Positions 13,578-25,645 of a stretch of 64,000 nt of DNA are shown here, one piece after another (the first letter of the stretch is position 1; the number at the start of each line of letters is the position of its first letter). Location of the stretch: positions 310,001 to 374,000 of the forward strand of contig OZ251228.1 in NCBI GenBank assembly GCA_965240325.2, in the 5' to 3' direction. The notes beneath the pieces are model-generated. The model was given only the letters and a program-made list of their open reading frames with translations. It was not told the origin of the DNA and did not search any database. Made by a program: the position numbers and the translations under genes. The DNA is from Rebecca billardiae RCC1528 (taxonomy: Eukaryota > Protista > Haptophyta).

Positions 13578-14358
13578 GCCCTCGCCGCCATGGCCCCCGA
13601 GCTGCGTCGAGCTCAGCCACGTCGAGTCCTTTGAAGCGGCGGACTGGGCGGCGGCGGGCGGCTGGACGACGGGCGCGCTCGGCGAGTACGACTTTGCGTG
13701 GGCGCGCGCGGCGGGTCGGACGCCGTCGCCGGGCACCGGCCCAACCGCCGCGCAGCGCGGCAGCTTCTATGTGTACGCCGAGGCGTCGCGGCCAAACTTC
13801 CCGCGCAAGACGGCGGCACTCGTCACGTGCGGCGAGGTCCCGCTCGACGGAGGCCTGCGCTTCGGCTACCACATGCGAGGCGCGGGGATGGGCACTCTGA
13901 GCGTGGACGTGCTGCCGAGCGGCGCGGCGGCGTGGAGTCGCGTGTACGCTCTGGCCGGCGCGCAGGGCAACGGGTGGCGCGTGGCCGAGGTGTGCCTTGG
14001 TCAGCCAGGGCGCCGAGGGCTCGTGCGAGTGCTCGCGACCACGGGGAGGAACTGGAAGTCGGACATGGGGCTCGACGAGATCGAGATCACGCCGGCGTGC
14101 GACTCGGTGCCGCCAGCGCTCGCACACAGCGCCGATTCGCCAGCGCTGCCGGCGCGAGCGCCGCGCGCGCGCGGGTCATTCATCGGACGGCGGCTGGCGG
14201 TGGCCACCGTCATCGGCAGCAGCGCGCTCGTCGTAGCGGCGGCCGCTCTCCTCCTCGCGCCGCTGTCTGCTGGAGGCGCGCGGCGCCAAGGTCCGCGCGC
14301 GCCTGACAGTCTGCAGGCAGGCGGCCAGGAGCACCGCGCCGCTCGCCTGCTGTGGTGA
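11485..14358 (+). CDS. Type I membrane M43 (pappalysin/ulilysin-like) metzincin with Cys-rich module, Ig/SKICH-like module, SPPPP stalk, MAM domain and TM; intronless
   Basis: Signal peptide; HELGHALGLHH zinc motif; Met-turn NVMGY; GDRVADTP; MAM motifs TPSPGTGP...GSFYVYAEAS, FGYHMRG, DMGLDEI; hydrophobic C-terminal helix. Confidence 0.88.
13378..13599 (+). repeat. (CCG)n-rich low-complexity tract encoding an extensin-like Ser-Pro linker
   Basis: Direct read of PPSPPPPPSPP repeats inside the M43 CDS. Confidence 0.9.
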
Positions 14359-15497
14359 CTGGTGACGGCCGTGGGGCCGTGGGCGGGCGTTCTCCGCACG
14401 GGCCGGACACCGGGCCCGGCTGGTGCTGACTGCGGCGAGCGGGCCCGCAGCGTCTGGCGGCTGGCGCCCAGGACGCCAGGAGTGCGTATCTAGATTAACT
14501 AGAACTGGGGGCGCACCGACTCGGTCACTCGGTCACACCGCCCACCGCCCGCCACCCGGGCGGTCCGCGCCGCCGTCCGGGACCGGCAGCCCGGGCAGGG
14601 CAGGGCCTCCAGACCCAGTCCGCGCGCGGCCGCCGCATCGACTCTCACTCATCGACATCAGGCGACATCAGCACTCAGCAGTGCTGCGGTGCATCACGAG
14701 GCGAGTAGACTGCAGAGCCAGAATGCAGATCTATCAGAGAGGTCGGGGGCCGCTTAGAACTAGACAGTAAGTGTTTGCGACCACTGATACGAGTGGCGAC
14801 GACGGTGACGTCCGGGCACCGCCCTTGATCCGGGCGCGGCCGTGGCGTCCGGATGCGGGATGCACGCACGCGGCAAACTTTGCAGCCAGCATCTTCGTTT
14901 GTGACTTTGTGTAACAGGCGTGCGTGCGGCCGATGCCTGTTTTGGCGATTGCTATATACGAAACGGCGCGATTGCTACGAGTTGGACTAGTCCGAAGCGA
15001 CACTTCCCGGCCGAGCCCATCGTTTCAGGCTTTACAAAATCTCACTTTTCAGGCTCATCAGGGCGTAAGACTGAGATTCTCTGATATACATCGCTAATTG
15101 GGTCTGCTATTATTGCAAGATGCGTTCCGCAACGTATTAATACTTCAGGTCTACCCTTGATACCCTGTGAGCCGTCACAGGCTCACTGCGCGTCACTGCG
15201 TCCGCCGTTTTCGATTTTTCCAGCGCGAGGCCTGCTTAAGAAAACCTCTAGAAACCTCTATCCCATGCTCGGCAAACGCCGACCGGTGCCAAACTGAAAA
15301 CGCAGCGCGCGCTCATCAGCGTCTTGATATTCTGGCGATAAGGCCTCTAGCCACGCGGGCAGGAAAGCCGGTCGGCAGGTCGAGACGCCGCACCTCCTTG
15401 TCCTGTTCCGGGTCCGCAGCTTGCGCGCGCGGCTGCCCGCCAGCTCGGCGGCGACCGCATTTTGTGTGCGGCCCCAGTCGGTTTTTGAGCAGGCGCG

Positions 15498-17629
15498 ATG
15501 GTTCTGTACGCGCGCCCGCCGACTCGCGCGCGCGCGCGCGCGCGCACACACAGGGGAGGGGAGGGCTCGGCGAGCGCGGCCGCCTCGCGTACGTGTCTGG
15601 TGGCGCCGTTCCGCCCGCCCGCGCACTCCGCCTCGCGGCTGCGCGGCGCACGCCCAGATGCGCACCGGGGCGGGTCCGATTTGAGCCCTCGGGCTGCTCA
15701 GAGCGCCAGCCGGCCCGTGCCCGTGCGGGCGCGCGTGGCACGCCGCGAGCACGGCAATCGCGTGGTGCCACCGGCTGCGGCCGCCCCGCCTCGTCCCGGC
15801 CGGTGCCCCACGTCGGTGGAATCTGCGGCCGCGCTTCTGCGCGCGCCCACCTCGAGCGTCGAAGATGCGGCCCCAGAGGAGAGGGGGAGGGCGGGAGGGC
15901 GGGGCAGCGCGGCACGCACCCGGGGCGGCTCTCGGCACGGGTGCCCTTCCAGACGCCCGCGCACGCCGCGACGCCGTGTCCGCGCCGCTCGCAGCTCACC
16001 AGCGCGCGCTCGCGCCCGCGCTGCGCCCCGCCCGCGTCGCGTGTCGCGCGCAGCAACCTTCTCGCGGCGAATGTCGCGGCCAAGGGCGACACGTTCTACC
16101 TCGTCTGGGCGGGCGTGCTCGTCTTCTTCATGCAGGCCGGCTTCGGCATGCTCGAGGCCGGCTCGGTCCGCGCCAAGAACACCAAGAACATTCTCCTCAA
16201 GAACATTCTCGACTCGTGCCTCGGTGCCATCGTCTGGTACCTGGTCGGCTACGGCTTCGCGTACGGCGACTCGAACGACAACGTGTTCATCGGCTCGGGC
16301 GCGTCGGGCTTCGCGCCGCACTACGCCGACTGGCAGGGCGGGTACACCGCCGAGGGCTACGACTGGGCCTCGTGGTTCTTCCAGTTCACGTTCGCCGCCG
16401 CCGCCGCGACCATTGTGTCTGGCGGCGTCGCCGAGCGGTGCGCGCTCGGCGCGTACCTGATCTACTCGGTGGGCATCACGGGCTTCATCTACCCGGTGGT
16501 GGTGCACTGGATCTGGGACTCGGAGGGCATGATGTCCGCGTTCAACACGGGCGGCTCCCCCATCCTCGGCGGCTGCGTCGACTTTGCCGGCTCGGGCGTC
16601 GTGCACATGACGGGCGGCCTCGCCGCACTGGTGGGCGCCGCCATGCTCGGCCCGCGCATCGGCCGCTTCGACGCGAACGGCGCGCCCGTGCCGATGCCCG
16701 GCCACAACTCGGTGCTGCAGATCCTCGGCGTCTTCATCCTCTGGGTCGGGTGGTACGGCTTCAACGGTGCGCACCGCGACGCTCTCACGCGCCGCGGCTG
16801 GCGCGAGGCGCTTCGCGCTGCGCCGCGCGCGCGCGCTCTGCGGCGCGCGCCGTCGCCTGCTCACCGCCCGCCGCCCCCCGCGGCGCCGCGCGACGCGCAG
16901 GCGGCTCGACGCTCTCGGTCTTCGCCCTCGGCGTGCCGTACGCCCGTGACCTCGCGCGCGTGTGCGTCACCACCACCCTCTCCGCGGCGGCGTGCGGCCT
17001 CTCGGTGGTGACGGTCACCTACCTGCTCACGCATGTCTGGGATGTGATGGCGGTGGGCAACGGCGTGCTCGCCGGCCTCGTGTCGATCACCGCGGGCTGC
17101 GTCGTCGTCGACCCGTGGGCGGCGATCATCATCGGCCTGCTCGGCTCGGGCGTGTACATTGGCGCGTCGAAGCTCATGCTCAAGCTCAAGATCGACGACC
17201 CGCTCGGTGCGCCGCCGCGCGCCGCTGCCGCGCGCCGTTCGGCGCTCGCGCGCTCCCCCTGCGCCGCACCGCTCACACCCGCGCGGCGCACCGTCCCGTC
17301 CGTGCCCGACAGACGCGTTCGCCGTGCACGGCGCATGCGGCTTCTGGGGCGTGCTCGCCGTCGGCGCCTTCGCGCGCCCCCAGTACGCGTACAACACGGA
17401 GGGGCGCCACGGCTTCCTCTACGCGTCTGTGGGTGACAACCCGTCGCTGATCGGCGCGCAGATCGTCGCGCTCATCATCGAGATCCTGTGGGTCGTGATC
17501 ATGTCGACCCTCATGTTCGGCGGGCTCAAGGCGGCGGGCATGCTCCGCGTGCCGACGGAGATCGAGGAGATGGGCATGGACGTGTCCAAGCACGGCGGTG
17601 ACGCGTACGAGCTGCAGGCCAAGCCCTAA
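15498..17629 (+). CDS. AMT: Ammonium transporter (AMT1 type); exons 15498-15505, 16054-16766, 16901-17206, 17313-17629
   Basis: FFMQAGFGMLEAG, VSGGVAER, YPVVVHWIW, DFAGSGVVH, LWVGWYGFNGGS, NGVLAGLVSITAG, IDDPLDAFAVHG. The first micro-exon is inferred from phase compatibility. Confidence 0.95.
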
Positions 17630-18235
17630 GCCTGCGGGCCAGGTCCAGCTACCAGGTCGCCGCCTCGCGCGCTTGCGCATGGCAGTGTGCAGTCCATCGC
17701 ACTCAGCAGCGCGCGCCGCGCCGCTTGCCCTCGACGAGCGCACTGGCTGTCACTTTGCTTCTACTTCCCACGCGCAGCACGCCATCTCTCGCGCTCGGCA
17801 TGGCGTGAGGGGCGCAACTACGGCGATAACGATTGCGGGCGCGCTCAACCGCAATCGGCCGGGCGCTCAACCGCGCCGCGGCGCCGCGCAACTCGCTCGA
17901 TGAGCTGCTCGCACTGCCCGCTGCGGCGCCGACGGTCATGAAGCAGCTTCCGGCGCGCTGACTGACGAAGTCCTCCTGTCACATGATGCCAGCTTATTCA
18001 CGCAGCGCGCGTATTGTATCATCAGCATAAGTCCGGAGTCGTTCCGCCCGCCGGTCGGTTCGCCCGGGTCCGCGCACAGACCGCACGCCCGCCACTTCAG
18101 CGGCACCGGTCGGGAATACTGAGCTACTCTACAGGCGTAGTCAGATGAGTCTGGCACCGCCATTGCTGATTGCAGCGCCGACGTCAGCGCCTGAACCTGC
18201 TGATGACACAGACACAGAATCAACCAAGCCGCCGC

Positions 18236-20220
18236 TCACGCGCCGACTGCCGTCTGAGGCGCACGCGCTGCGATCATTTCGTCCACTCTCAGCTGCCGTT
18301 GTTGCTGCTGCGGCGGCGGCTCGCCCGATCCGTCGCGCGCGCGGCGTCTGCGCGCGCCTTGCGGCTGTGGCTGTGCTGCGCCGCGCGCGCTGCTGCGCGC
18401 GCCTCGCGCCGATTGCGCGCTTGGAGGGCCGCGCGAGCCAGGCTCTGACACGGGGCGCTTGCGCGCGGACCCGTGGTGGGCACGACCGGCCGCGGCCTGG
18501 CCGCAGCCAGGCGCCGGCATCCTCACGTCCTTGGGCGTGAAGACGCGCGTGAGCTGCCCGCTCGGCAGAGGCAGGAGGTCGTAGCCGCCCGCGTCGTTCA
18601 GATGGAGCGCGGTGCGCCGAGCGGCGAGCGTGGCGCGCACCGCGAGCCGCCTGCGCGCGGGGAGGTCCGTCACGACGCGGTGGGGGTACGTGGTGCCGAG
18701 CTCCACGCCCGCCGCGCCCAGCACCGGCGCAGGCGCGAGCCAGGGCCGGTGGAGGTACTTGGTCGGCAGCCGGCTCAGCTCGGGGAGCCAGCGCCGCGCG
18801 TACGCGCCCGTCGGATCCTGCGACGCGTTCTCCGGACTTGGCGTGAAATTCCAAGGATCGACGCCCGAGCCACTCGCTGACTGCCACATCATCGCGTTGA
18901 TGGCCACGTCCGCGTCCACCAGGGTGTCGTGGAACCACCGCTGGCCCTTGCGCCAGTCCTGCCCAAGCGCCGAGCAGAGGAACGCCGCGGCGACCATGCG
19001 CACCGACTGCACCATGTACCCGGTCGCCCAGAGCTCGCGCATGCCCGCATCCACCATGGGGTAGCCCGTGCGCCCCTCGCACCACGCGCGGAACGCGCCG
19101 TCGTCCTCGCTCCACTCGGTGGCCGCGTACTGCGGGCGCACCGCGGCCGTGGCCATGTGCGGGAAGGTGTGCAGCTGGAAGTACGCGAGGTCCCGCTGCC
19201 TTGAGGGTGGTAGGGGCACGTGGCGGAGGGCCGGCAGGCGCAGTGGCGCGTAGCGAATAGCGAGTGGCCCTGTGAGCGCGCAGGTGGCAGCGAGGCAGCG
19301 AGGCAGGCTGAGGGGCGGGTGTGCGCGCGCACCCAGTGCAGGCGACGAGCGAACGTCTTGACCTCCTCGCGCGGCAGGCCCAGGTCCCGCACCGCCCAGT
19401 ACAGCTGGCTGGCGCTGAGCTGGCCGAAGCGGAGATAGGGCGAGAGCCTTGAGACCACCTCCACATCCGCGCGCGAGCGCTCCTGCTCGTACGCGCGCAG
19501 CTGGCCGTGGACGAAAGCGGCGAGGCGGTCGTTGGCGGCGGCCTCGCTCGTCTCCCACGCATCGCGAATGCCCGCGGCCCAGTCGATCACCTCTCCCGTT
19601 GCACGGCACACCGGCATGCGCGCCATGCCGAGCTGATCCACCGAGCAGCCGTCTGGCCAGCGAGGCGGCGCCCGCAGGCGCGCGGGTGGCGGCAGCGGCC
19701 GACGCGGAGCACCGAGCTTCTCGCAGGCGCGCAGGAAGGGGATGAGCGTGCCCCAGTGTCCTCCAGACCACCCGGGGGGCATGTGAACGGCCGATGGCTC
19801 GTACAGCAAGTGCGCCTGGAACTCGTGCACGGGGCATGGCGCGACGCTCGCGCGCAGGTCCGCATGCGCGCCTGCGCGCGCAGGCTCGTACTGACGGTTG
19901 CAGAAGAGCGCGCTCGCCGCAGTCTCGTGCACGAGCTGCTTCACCCCGGCGGAGACGGACTCAGCCGTGCGCAGCACAAGCTTGCTGCCGAGCTTGCCCA
20001 GTTCCGCGTCCAGTGCGACGAGCGCGCCGCGGATCCACACCTCCTGAGCGCCGCGCACGCCGACAGGCCCGAGGCAGCGCTCCTCGTGCTTCGCAAAGAC
20101 GAAGCACGGTACAACCGAGCCACCGGTGGCCACTGCAGCGCTCAAGGCGGGGTTGTCCCGCACGCGCAGGTCATTGAAGCGAAATAGCACGAGCGCGAGG
20201 CCCGCCCGTGCATCCCGCAT
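18236..20220 (-). CDS. Cryptochrome/photolyase family protein (plant-like/CryP-type) with C-terminal extension; intron 19332-19196
   Basis: FRFNDLRVRDNPAL, SRLSPYLRFGQLS, LHWRDLAY across the splice, GRTGYPMVDAGMRELWATG, DADVAINAMMWQ, DPTGAYARRWLPEL. Confidence 0.93.
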
Positions 20221-20337
20221 CGTCGGGCGTATAATCGCGAGTCTTCGGTTCTCGCCCCGCCCATCATGGTTTGCACAGTACTGTACAGGCTGAGAGTCGT
20301 AGTGTACTATTGTAGTGGTTCTGTACTCTAGTCTGTA

Positions 20338-20387
20338 CAGTTTACTAAGAATAAGAGACGCACACAGCTCAGGCAGGCGAGATTGAC
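20338..20387 (+). repeat. Dispersed TA|CAGT repeat, copy 2
   Basis: CAGTTTACTAAGAATAAGAGACGCACACAGCTCAGGCAGGCGAGATTGAC preceded by TA. Confidence 0.85.
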
Positions 20388-20569
20388 ACAGTACGAGATA
20401 GTACGTACAAATACTGCTGTCTGAGAAGAACGAAGTACTGCATGTATGGGGGTTGACGATTGAACGACGACGATTCTGTGACCGTCACGTTCGTCAGGAG
20501 CGGCAGAGCTCGAGAGAGTCGTCCGTGTTCATGCAATTCTCTCTGTGTACACCTCGTCGCGTCACTGCG

Positions 20570-21598
20570 CTAGCTGTGCCTGACAGTGATGGCTGCAGCG
20601 TCGCCAAAGCGTCGCATCGGCGGCATGGTCCGAAGGAGGAGCATGTCCACAGCCGCAGACATCCCGTCGAGAATGGCCTCACATTGCACGGCGGGCAAGA
20701 ACGTGTCGTCGTTCAGCGGCGATGCCGATGACGGGCCAGCGAGCTGCAGCGCTGGGCGATGCGCGCTCGGCTCGCTGCCCCCAAGGCCACCGCCAGCCCA
20801 CTCAGCCGGCTGTAGCAGATCGTGCGGGTGCGTCCTCGGCTGGCGACCCCCGCCGACTTGTGCCGACGTCGGCGCCGGCGGCCTCGCTGGCAAGGGCGTG
20901 GCCTGAGTGGCATGCCGGGCGTGGGCAGATGCGAGGGGAGTGGCAGGCGGCAGGACTCCAAGCGGCGGTGGCGCGTGATCTTTCTTCCGGCAGTGGCGCA
21001 TGAGCGTCTGGCGCGACCGCAGCAGTAAGCCGCAGGAGCACGGAAACTCCCTGCCGCAGGAGTTCAGGTGCGTGGTCAGGTCCTCCTGCATCGCGTACTC
21101 CTTGATGCCGCAGCGGTGGCAGCGGTAGTGCTTTGGCCCTGTGTAGTGCACGCGCATGAAATGCTTCCTCGCGTGGTACTTTGTCGCCCATCGGCGCGCG
21201 CATACGCGGCACTTCGTCGGCTCGTCCGCCTGAGTGTGGTTGACCGGCTGCGCCTGGCCGACAGCCGCGGGTGATCTCGGTGCGGATGCTCTCGGCTCGG
21301 AGGCCGGCATCGCATGCGCGACTAGCAGGATCGGCGTGGAGTGGGGCCCCGCGGGACCACCGATGCCACCGCTGCCCGGCGTCGAATGCAGCGCAGGCGG
21401 TGGCCGGGCCAAGGGCGACGGCTCGGTGGCGTTAAGCGCCGATGAAGGTGAGAAAGAAGGTGCGCTGCCATGCGCGGAGAGAAAGCCACGATGGAAGAGG
21501 GCATGCGCCTGTGGTGGGGGCTCCTCTGCGGCGGTCTGGGCATGCGGGTACTCCTTCTCAAGCATCTCCAGCGCTAGCATTTGGAGGCGGAAGTCCAT
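20570..21598 (-). CDS. C2H2/C2HC zinc-finger protein with an ATMIN(ASCIZ)/IDD/WIP-type finger cluster
   Basis: CRVC...KHFMRVH...CHRC..KEYAMQEDLTTHLNSCGREFPCSCG...LMRHCRKKDH; intact 342-aa ORF. Confidence 0.82.
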   Translation of the reverse strand: MDFRLQMLALEMLEKEYPHAQTAAEEPPPQAHALFHRGFLSAHGSAPSFSPSSALNATEPSPLARPPPALHSTPGSGGIGGPAGPHSTPILLVAHAMPASEPRASAPRSPAAVGQAQPVNHTQADEPTKCRVCARRWATKYHARKHFMRVHYTGPKHYRCHRCGIKEYAMQEDLTTHLNSCGREFPCSCGLLLRSRQTLMRHCRKKDHAPPPLGVLPPATPLASAHARHATQATPLPARPPAPTSAQVGGGRQPRTHPHDLLQPAEWAGGGLGGSEPSAHRPALQLAGPSSASPLNDDTFLPAVQCEAILDGMSAAVDMLLLRTMPPMRRFGDAAAITVRHS

Positions 21599-22936
21599 GG
21601 TGATGCGGTTCGCGCAAGGGTGTGTGAGCGAGGTTTTCGTCGCGGTCGATCGTCAGTTCGTTGATGAAACTCCGCCACCTTCGGAGTGACTCGGGCGGCC
21701 AGATCTGAACTGTGAGAAACACTCCTCAGTATCGTTCGCCAACAAAAATGAAGACAGGTCGCCGAGTCTACGACCGCTCGGAATCGCCACAGGTCTGGAG
21801 CAGTAGGGAGATGAATCGGAGATGAATCAAATATCGGGGAGGGGAACGCACTTGAGTAGCGCGCTTCGCAACGCATGGGTGAGTAGCGTAGAATTGATTC
21901 CATGGACCCCGATTACCCAAGATTGGTCTGCTCAACCGCAGCTCGACCGTGCTCATCTCCCACAAATGGCATCGGAAAAATGCCGATTGATGAAAGTTGA
22001 AAACGTGAGAATGTTTCGCACTGTGCATGCGTATCTTCGCACGAGGAAGCGACGGACTGCCGCGGAGCCATCCCATGTCCGCCCGCGCGGGGATCGGACG
22101 GCATTGCCACAAAGCGAGGTGCATTGCCCTTGAGTGCGCTCCAAAGAACCGCTTGTCACTCAGGGGATGAGCACATTTGCGCTCCCCGTGCCGTATCAGG
22201 GCCACACGCAGCAATCATTGAGATCGCCTCGCACAATTTCTGACGCTCCGGCGGTCGGCGCATTGCCGCGCAGTCCGGAGCCGTTCGAGCCTATATGCGT
22301 GCCGCGTGCGGATGAATGACCTCACGAATGCGAGTGCTGGGTACACGGAGCCGTGCAGAGACACGCGAGGGTGACACGAACGCATGGGCAGACAATCGGC
22401 ATCGCGTGGCGTCCACAAGCGGCGTCGTCGCCACTGGCGTTGATGGCAGAGATCGATCAGGGTCGCGGCAGGGTGAGTCCGGGAGTTATCGGAAGAAACC
22501 CAAGCCCTGGGCTACAATTGTCCTTGGCGAACGAAGCTACGTGAAACGAGTGCAATGACGGTAGAGTCCCAGTCAGCGGATCATAAAGTCAGCCTATGCG
22601 AAGTCGCAGCGTCCGGATTCTAAAGCCCGATGGCTGATGGCAGCCGCTCCGCACTCGGGTGCGGCGGTGCCGCGCCGCCTTTGCTAGAGAGTGAGACGGC
22701 AGTCATCTTGATGTTCTGATTCGACGACAGTTCAGCGTGCTGACGTTGAACGCTGAAAGCGTTCTACTGACGACGGCAGGAAGCGCACTCGGTCTGTAAG
22801 AACACAAAGGCAACGGTAATGTAAAATCAGACCGTGTCCTATAGTGAGCTAAAGTTGGCTCGTGAATCGGACTCTCACTCCGGTAACTAGTCCGTACCGC
22901 ATACGTAATACGGCCGTACCGTCTGACTGTACGGTA

Positions 22937-22983
22937 CAGTTTACTAAGAATAAGAGACGCACACAGCTCAGGCAGGCGAGATT
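22937..22983 (+). repeat. Dispersed TA|CAGT repeat, copy 3
   Basis: Identical to copy 2 over 47 bp; preceded by TA. Confidence 0.85.
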
Positions 22984-23599
22984 ACAGTAGTGTCGCGCAT
23001 TTAATATATCGCAACGGTAGTACGAGTTATATGTTGTACGTAAGCACACACTGCCCAGACACCCTTCAATCCGCTGGCGAGGATCGTAGATTAAGTCTTA
23101 GTTAGTCACTCGGCGCATTTATTGATGTGCAACCAAACCGGGCGGTATGGACCATGCCAACCGGGCGCTCGTCCGACCGACTACGGATTCCCGCGTGATC
23201 GACGACCCACTGACTGACCCAGGTCGCCGACTGATCTGACATTAGTGGCGGTAAGTCTTCAGTGCGGGCCACAGCCGGTTCAAAACAGTGCGGGCCACTC
23301 ACCGAGCCGCCGAGCCGGGCCTCATAACAGCTGCCTGGCGCGCCCACGGGGCCACGGCAGTCCGTCTCCGTCGTGGGCATTGGCCTGGCAGCTAGTCTGT
23401 AGTCGCACGCTGACAGCAGCGTGAGCGGGCCGACGAGTGGCGGCAGTCAGACTCTGTGACTCGCGCCGCCCGAGCGGGCGGCGGGGCACGGCGCGGTCAG
23501 GCGGGCAGAGCCGCGGGGGCGCGGCGGGCGCAGCACTCGCCAGCAGCGGGCGGCGGCAGCCCCGGGGCTCGGTCTCGGCTCTCGGATAGTTACGCACTA

Positions 23600-23631
23600 A
23601 ATATATGTATATGTATATGTATATATATATA
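23600..23631. repeat. Short (TA)n/(TATATG)n microsatellite
   Basis: Direct read. Confidence 0.85.
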
Positions 23632-24883
23632 AAGACGAGAGTTAACGGTAGTAACTCGGCGGTAAGCTACTGCCGTGCCTGCCCGTGCCGCGACTGCGTG
23701 CGTAGTCAATCACGATCGAGGTAGGGCTCTGGCTCCGGTTGACCCCTGCCAGTCCGGTCATAGAAACCGCTAACCGGGCGTACCGCCGAAATAAACGCGA
23801 TCATCATCGCATTCCTGGCCGAATGAACGCCCGAAGTGTCCCACAGGGCCCCAAGTGGGGTTGCTATGGATGGCCACCCAGGGTGCGAACATCCGAGTTA
23901 GTGTGACTACCGTTCAGACTCTATTTTATGGCTATATTTACCCAGTCCGGTGGTATGTTTCCAATAGCTACGGGTGCATCCGGATCGCTCCCGGACCGTG
24001 CTCTGACCAGAGTCTGAATGGGTAAATGATACATGCATACTGTAGTAATTATCATAGTAAACTATAAAAAGAGTGTGAACTATATTGTCGTCTATCTGCT
24101 GATGAGGCGAGGAAGTGCTTTGACACTGCTTGTTGGCCCGCCAATATCGCTCTGAAGTCATCATCTAACTCTAGCTAGCAGGCATCCATTGAGGTCAGGA
24201 CTCCTGTGCAGTTTTCACGAAGGACTTCATCATATTTATTTGTCATGAATATAAGGTCCTAGGAGCTCACCGACGACGAGTGTCCCGCGTCATCTCGGGC
24301 CGCAGGGGCTGGCAGCACTACGCCTACGGCCCGTCACGGTGACGGAGTGTGACGCGGCAGGCGGGTCCCGCGATCGCGGCCACCGAACGGCAGCCTAGAG
24401 TAGTACTAGTAGAGAGAGTACGGAGCCCGCCGGTTGAGTTATTGAGTACCGTAGTCGTATACCCAGAGTAGACCTGACGACTTTTGCTAATATAGCAGTG
24501 CGGCCCATGATACATGATGATGATGGGATCATATCGGATGATGCGGTCCATCCGATCTCATCGCGGTCATTGGCGCCGCCTCCACCGGCGCGGCCCTGGC
24601 CAAGAGAGGTGGCAGCTCGCGGCCAGGCGGCGGGCCTCCGACAGACCGTGTCCGAGTCAGACTCAGACTCCCGCGGTCCGGGCCAGCACTTTGGGCAGCG
24701 CCAGCAGTCTGTGTCCACTGTCCATTCTGCACCCAGTATGTGCTGCACCCTGGTTCGCAGCGGACGCCGATGGCCTCACAAGTCGCAGCAAGCGGCGGTT
24801 GGTTGGGGCTGGCCAATACCATTGGCAGTCTCAACCAACGCCATGCACAACGGCGCGTATCGTACGGCCCGCCACGCCAACCC

Positions 24884-25477
24884 TCACCGCACGCACGCGT
24901 AGATCTGGAACTCGATCGTGTTGAACTCCGGCAGCGACATCCCGTTGCTAGTGCCGTTCCGCGGCGCGTACACTCGGATCTGCCGGATGTGTGTGTCTCG
25001 CCCGTTCTGATGGTTGGCCAGAACGGCGAGCTGGATGAAGTAGGTGCGGAGCGGCTGCGGGCCACGCAGCTCGTTCGCTGCGGCGTCTTCGCCGCCGGGC
25101 TGTTGCAGCATAGAGATGGTTGTCCAGCCGGACGGCTCGTTCAGCTCCTGCACCTTGATCTCTTGAAGATCATGGAGAGTCGTGCCGGCACGCACGGAGA
25201 TCCGCGACGGCGTGTAGCTCTCGTCGAGCTTGTAGTCGGTATAGATGGCGATCTCGTGTATCCGCATCTTCTTGTGGAATTGGATATTCACCAGATGCGG
25301 CTGCGGCCCATCCGACTGCCAGTACGTGTCCACGGACGAGTCGCGCAGCTGGTCGACCCCATTGCCCGGCTTCGCTGTCGACAGCGACCATACGGCCTGG
25401 TCGCCGATCTCTCTTACATCCGGCGAGCGATGCGCCGCGAGCATATCCTCGCCGGCCGTGGGCGCGGGCGACGCCAT
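24884..25477 (-). CDS. APC10: Anaphase-promoting complex subunit 10 (DOC1); intronless
   Basis: REIGDQAVWSLSTAKPGNGVDQLRD...TYWQSDGPQPH, DESYTPS, NHQNGRDTHIRQI, C-terminal VR (IR-type tail). Confidence 0.96.
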   Translation of the reverse strand: MASPAPTAGEDMLAAHRSPDVREIGDQAVWSLSTAKPGNGVDQLRDSSVDTYWQSDGPQPHLVNIQFHKKMRIHEIAIYTDYKLDESYTPSRISVRAGTTLHDLQEIKVQELNEPSGWTTISMLQQPGGEDAAANELRGPQPLRTYFIQLAVLANHQNGRDTHIRQIRVYAPRNGTSNGMSLPEFNTIEFQIYACVR

Positions 25478-25645
25478 GCTATTCGCCGCGTATTGTCGAT
25501 GGACGTTCGCCACGGTGCCACGCCGCCCCGGGCCCGGTCGCGCTGGCGCACGCGCGGGTTTCGATCGGTGCTCACCAGGCTGCCACTGGTCACACACGCG
25601 CTTTCCAACTTCCAAGGGACCCGGCCACAAGCGTGGGCAGCCGCC

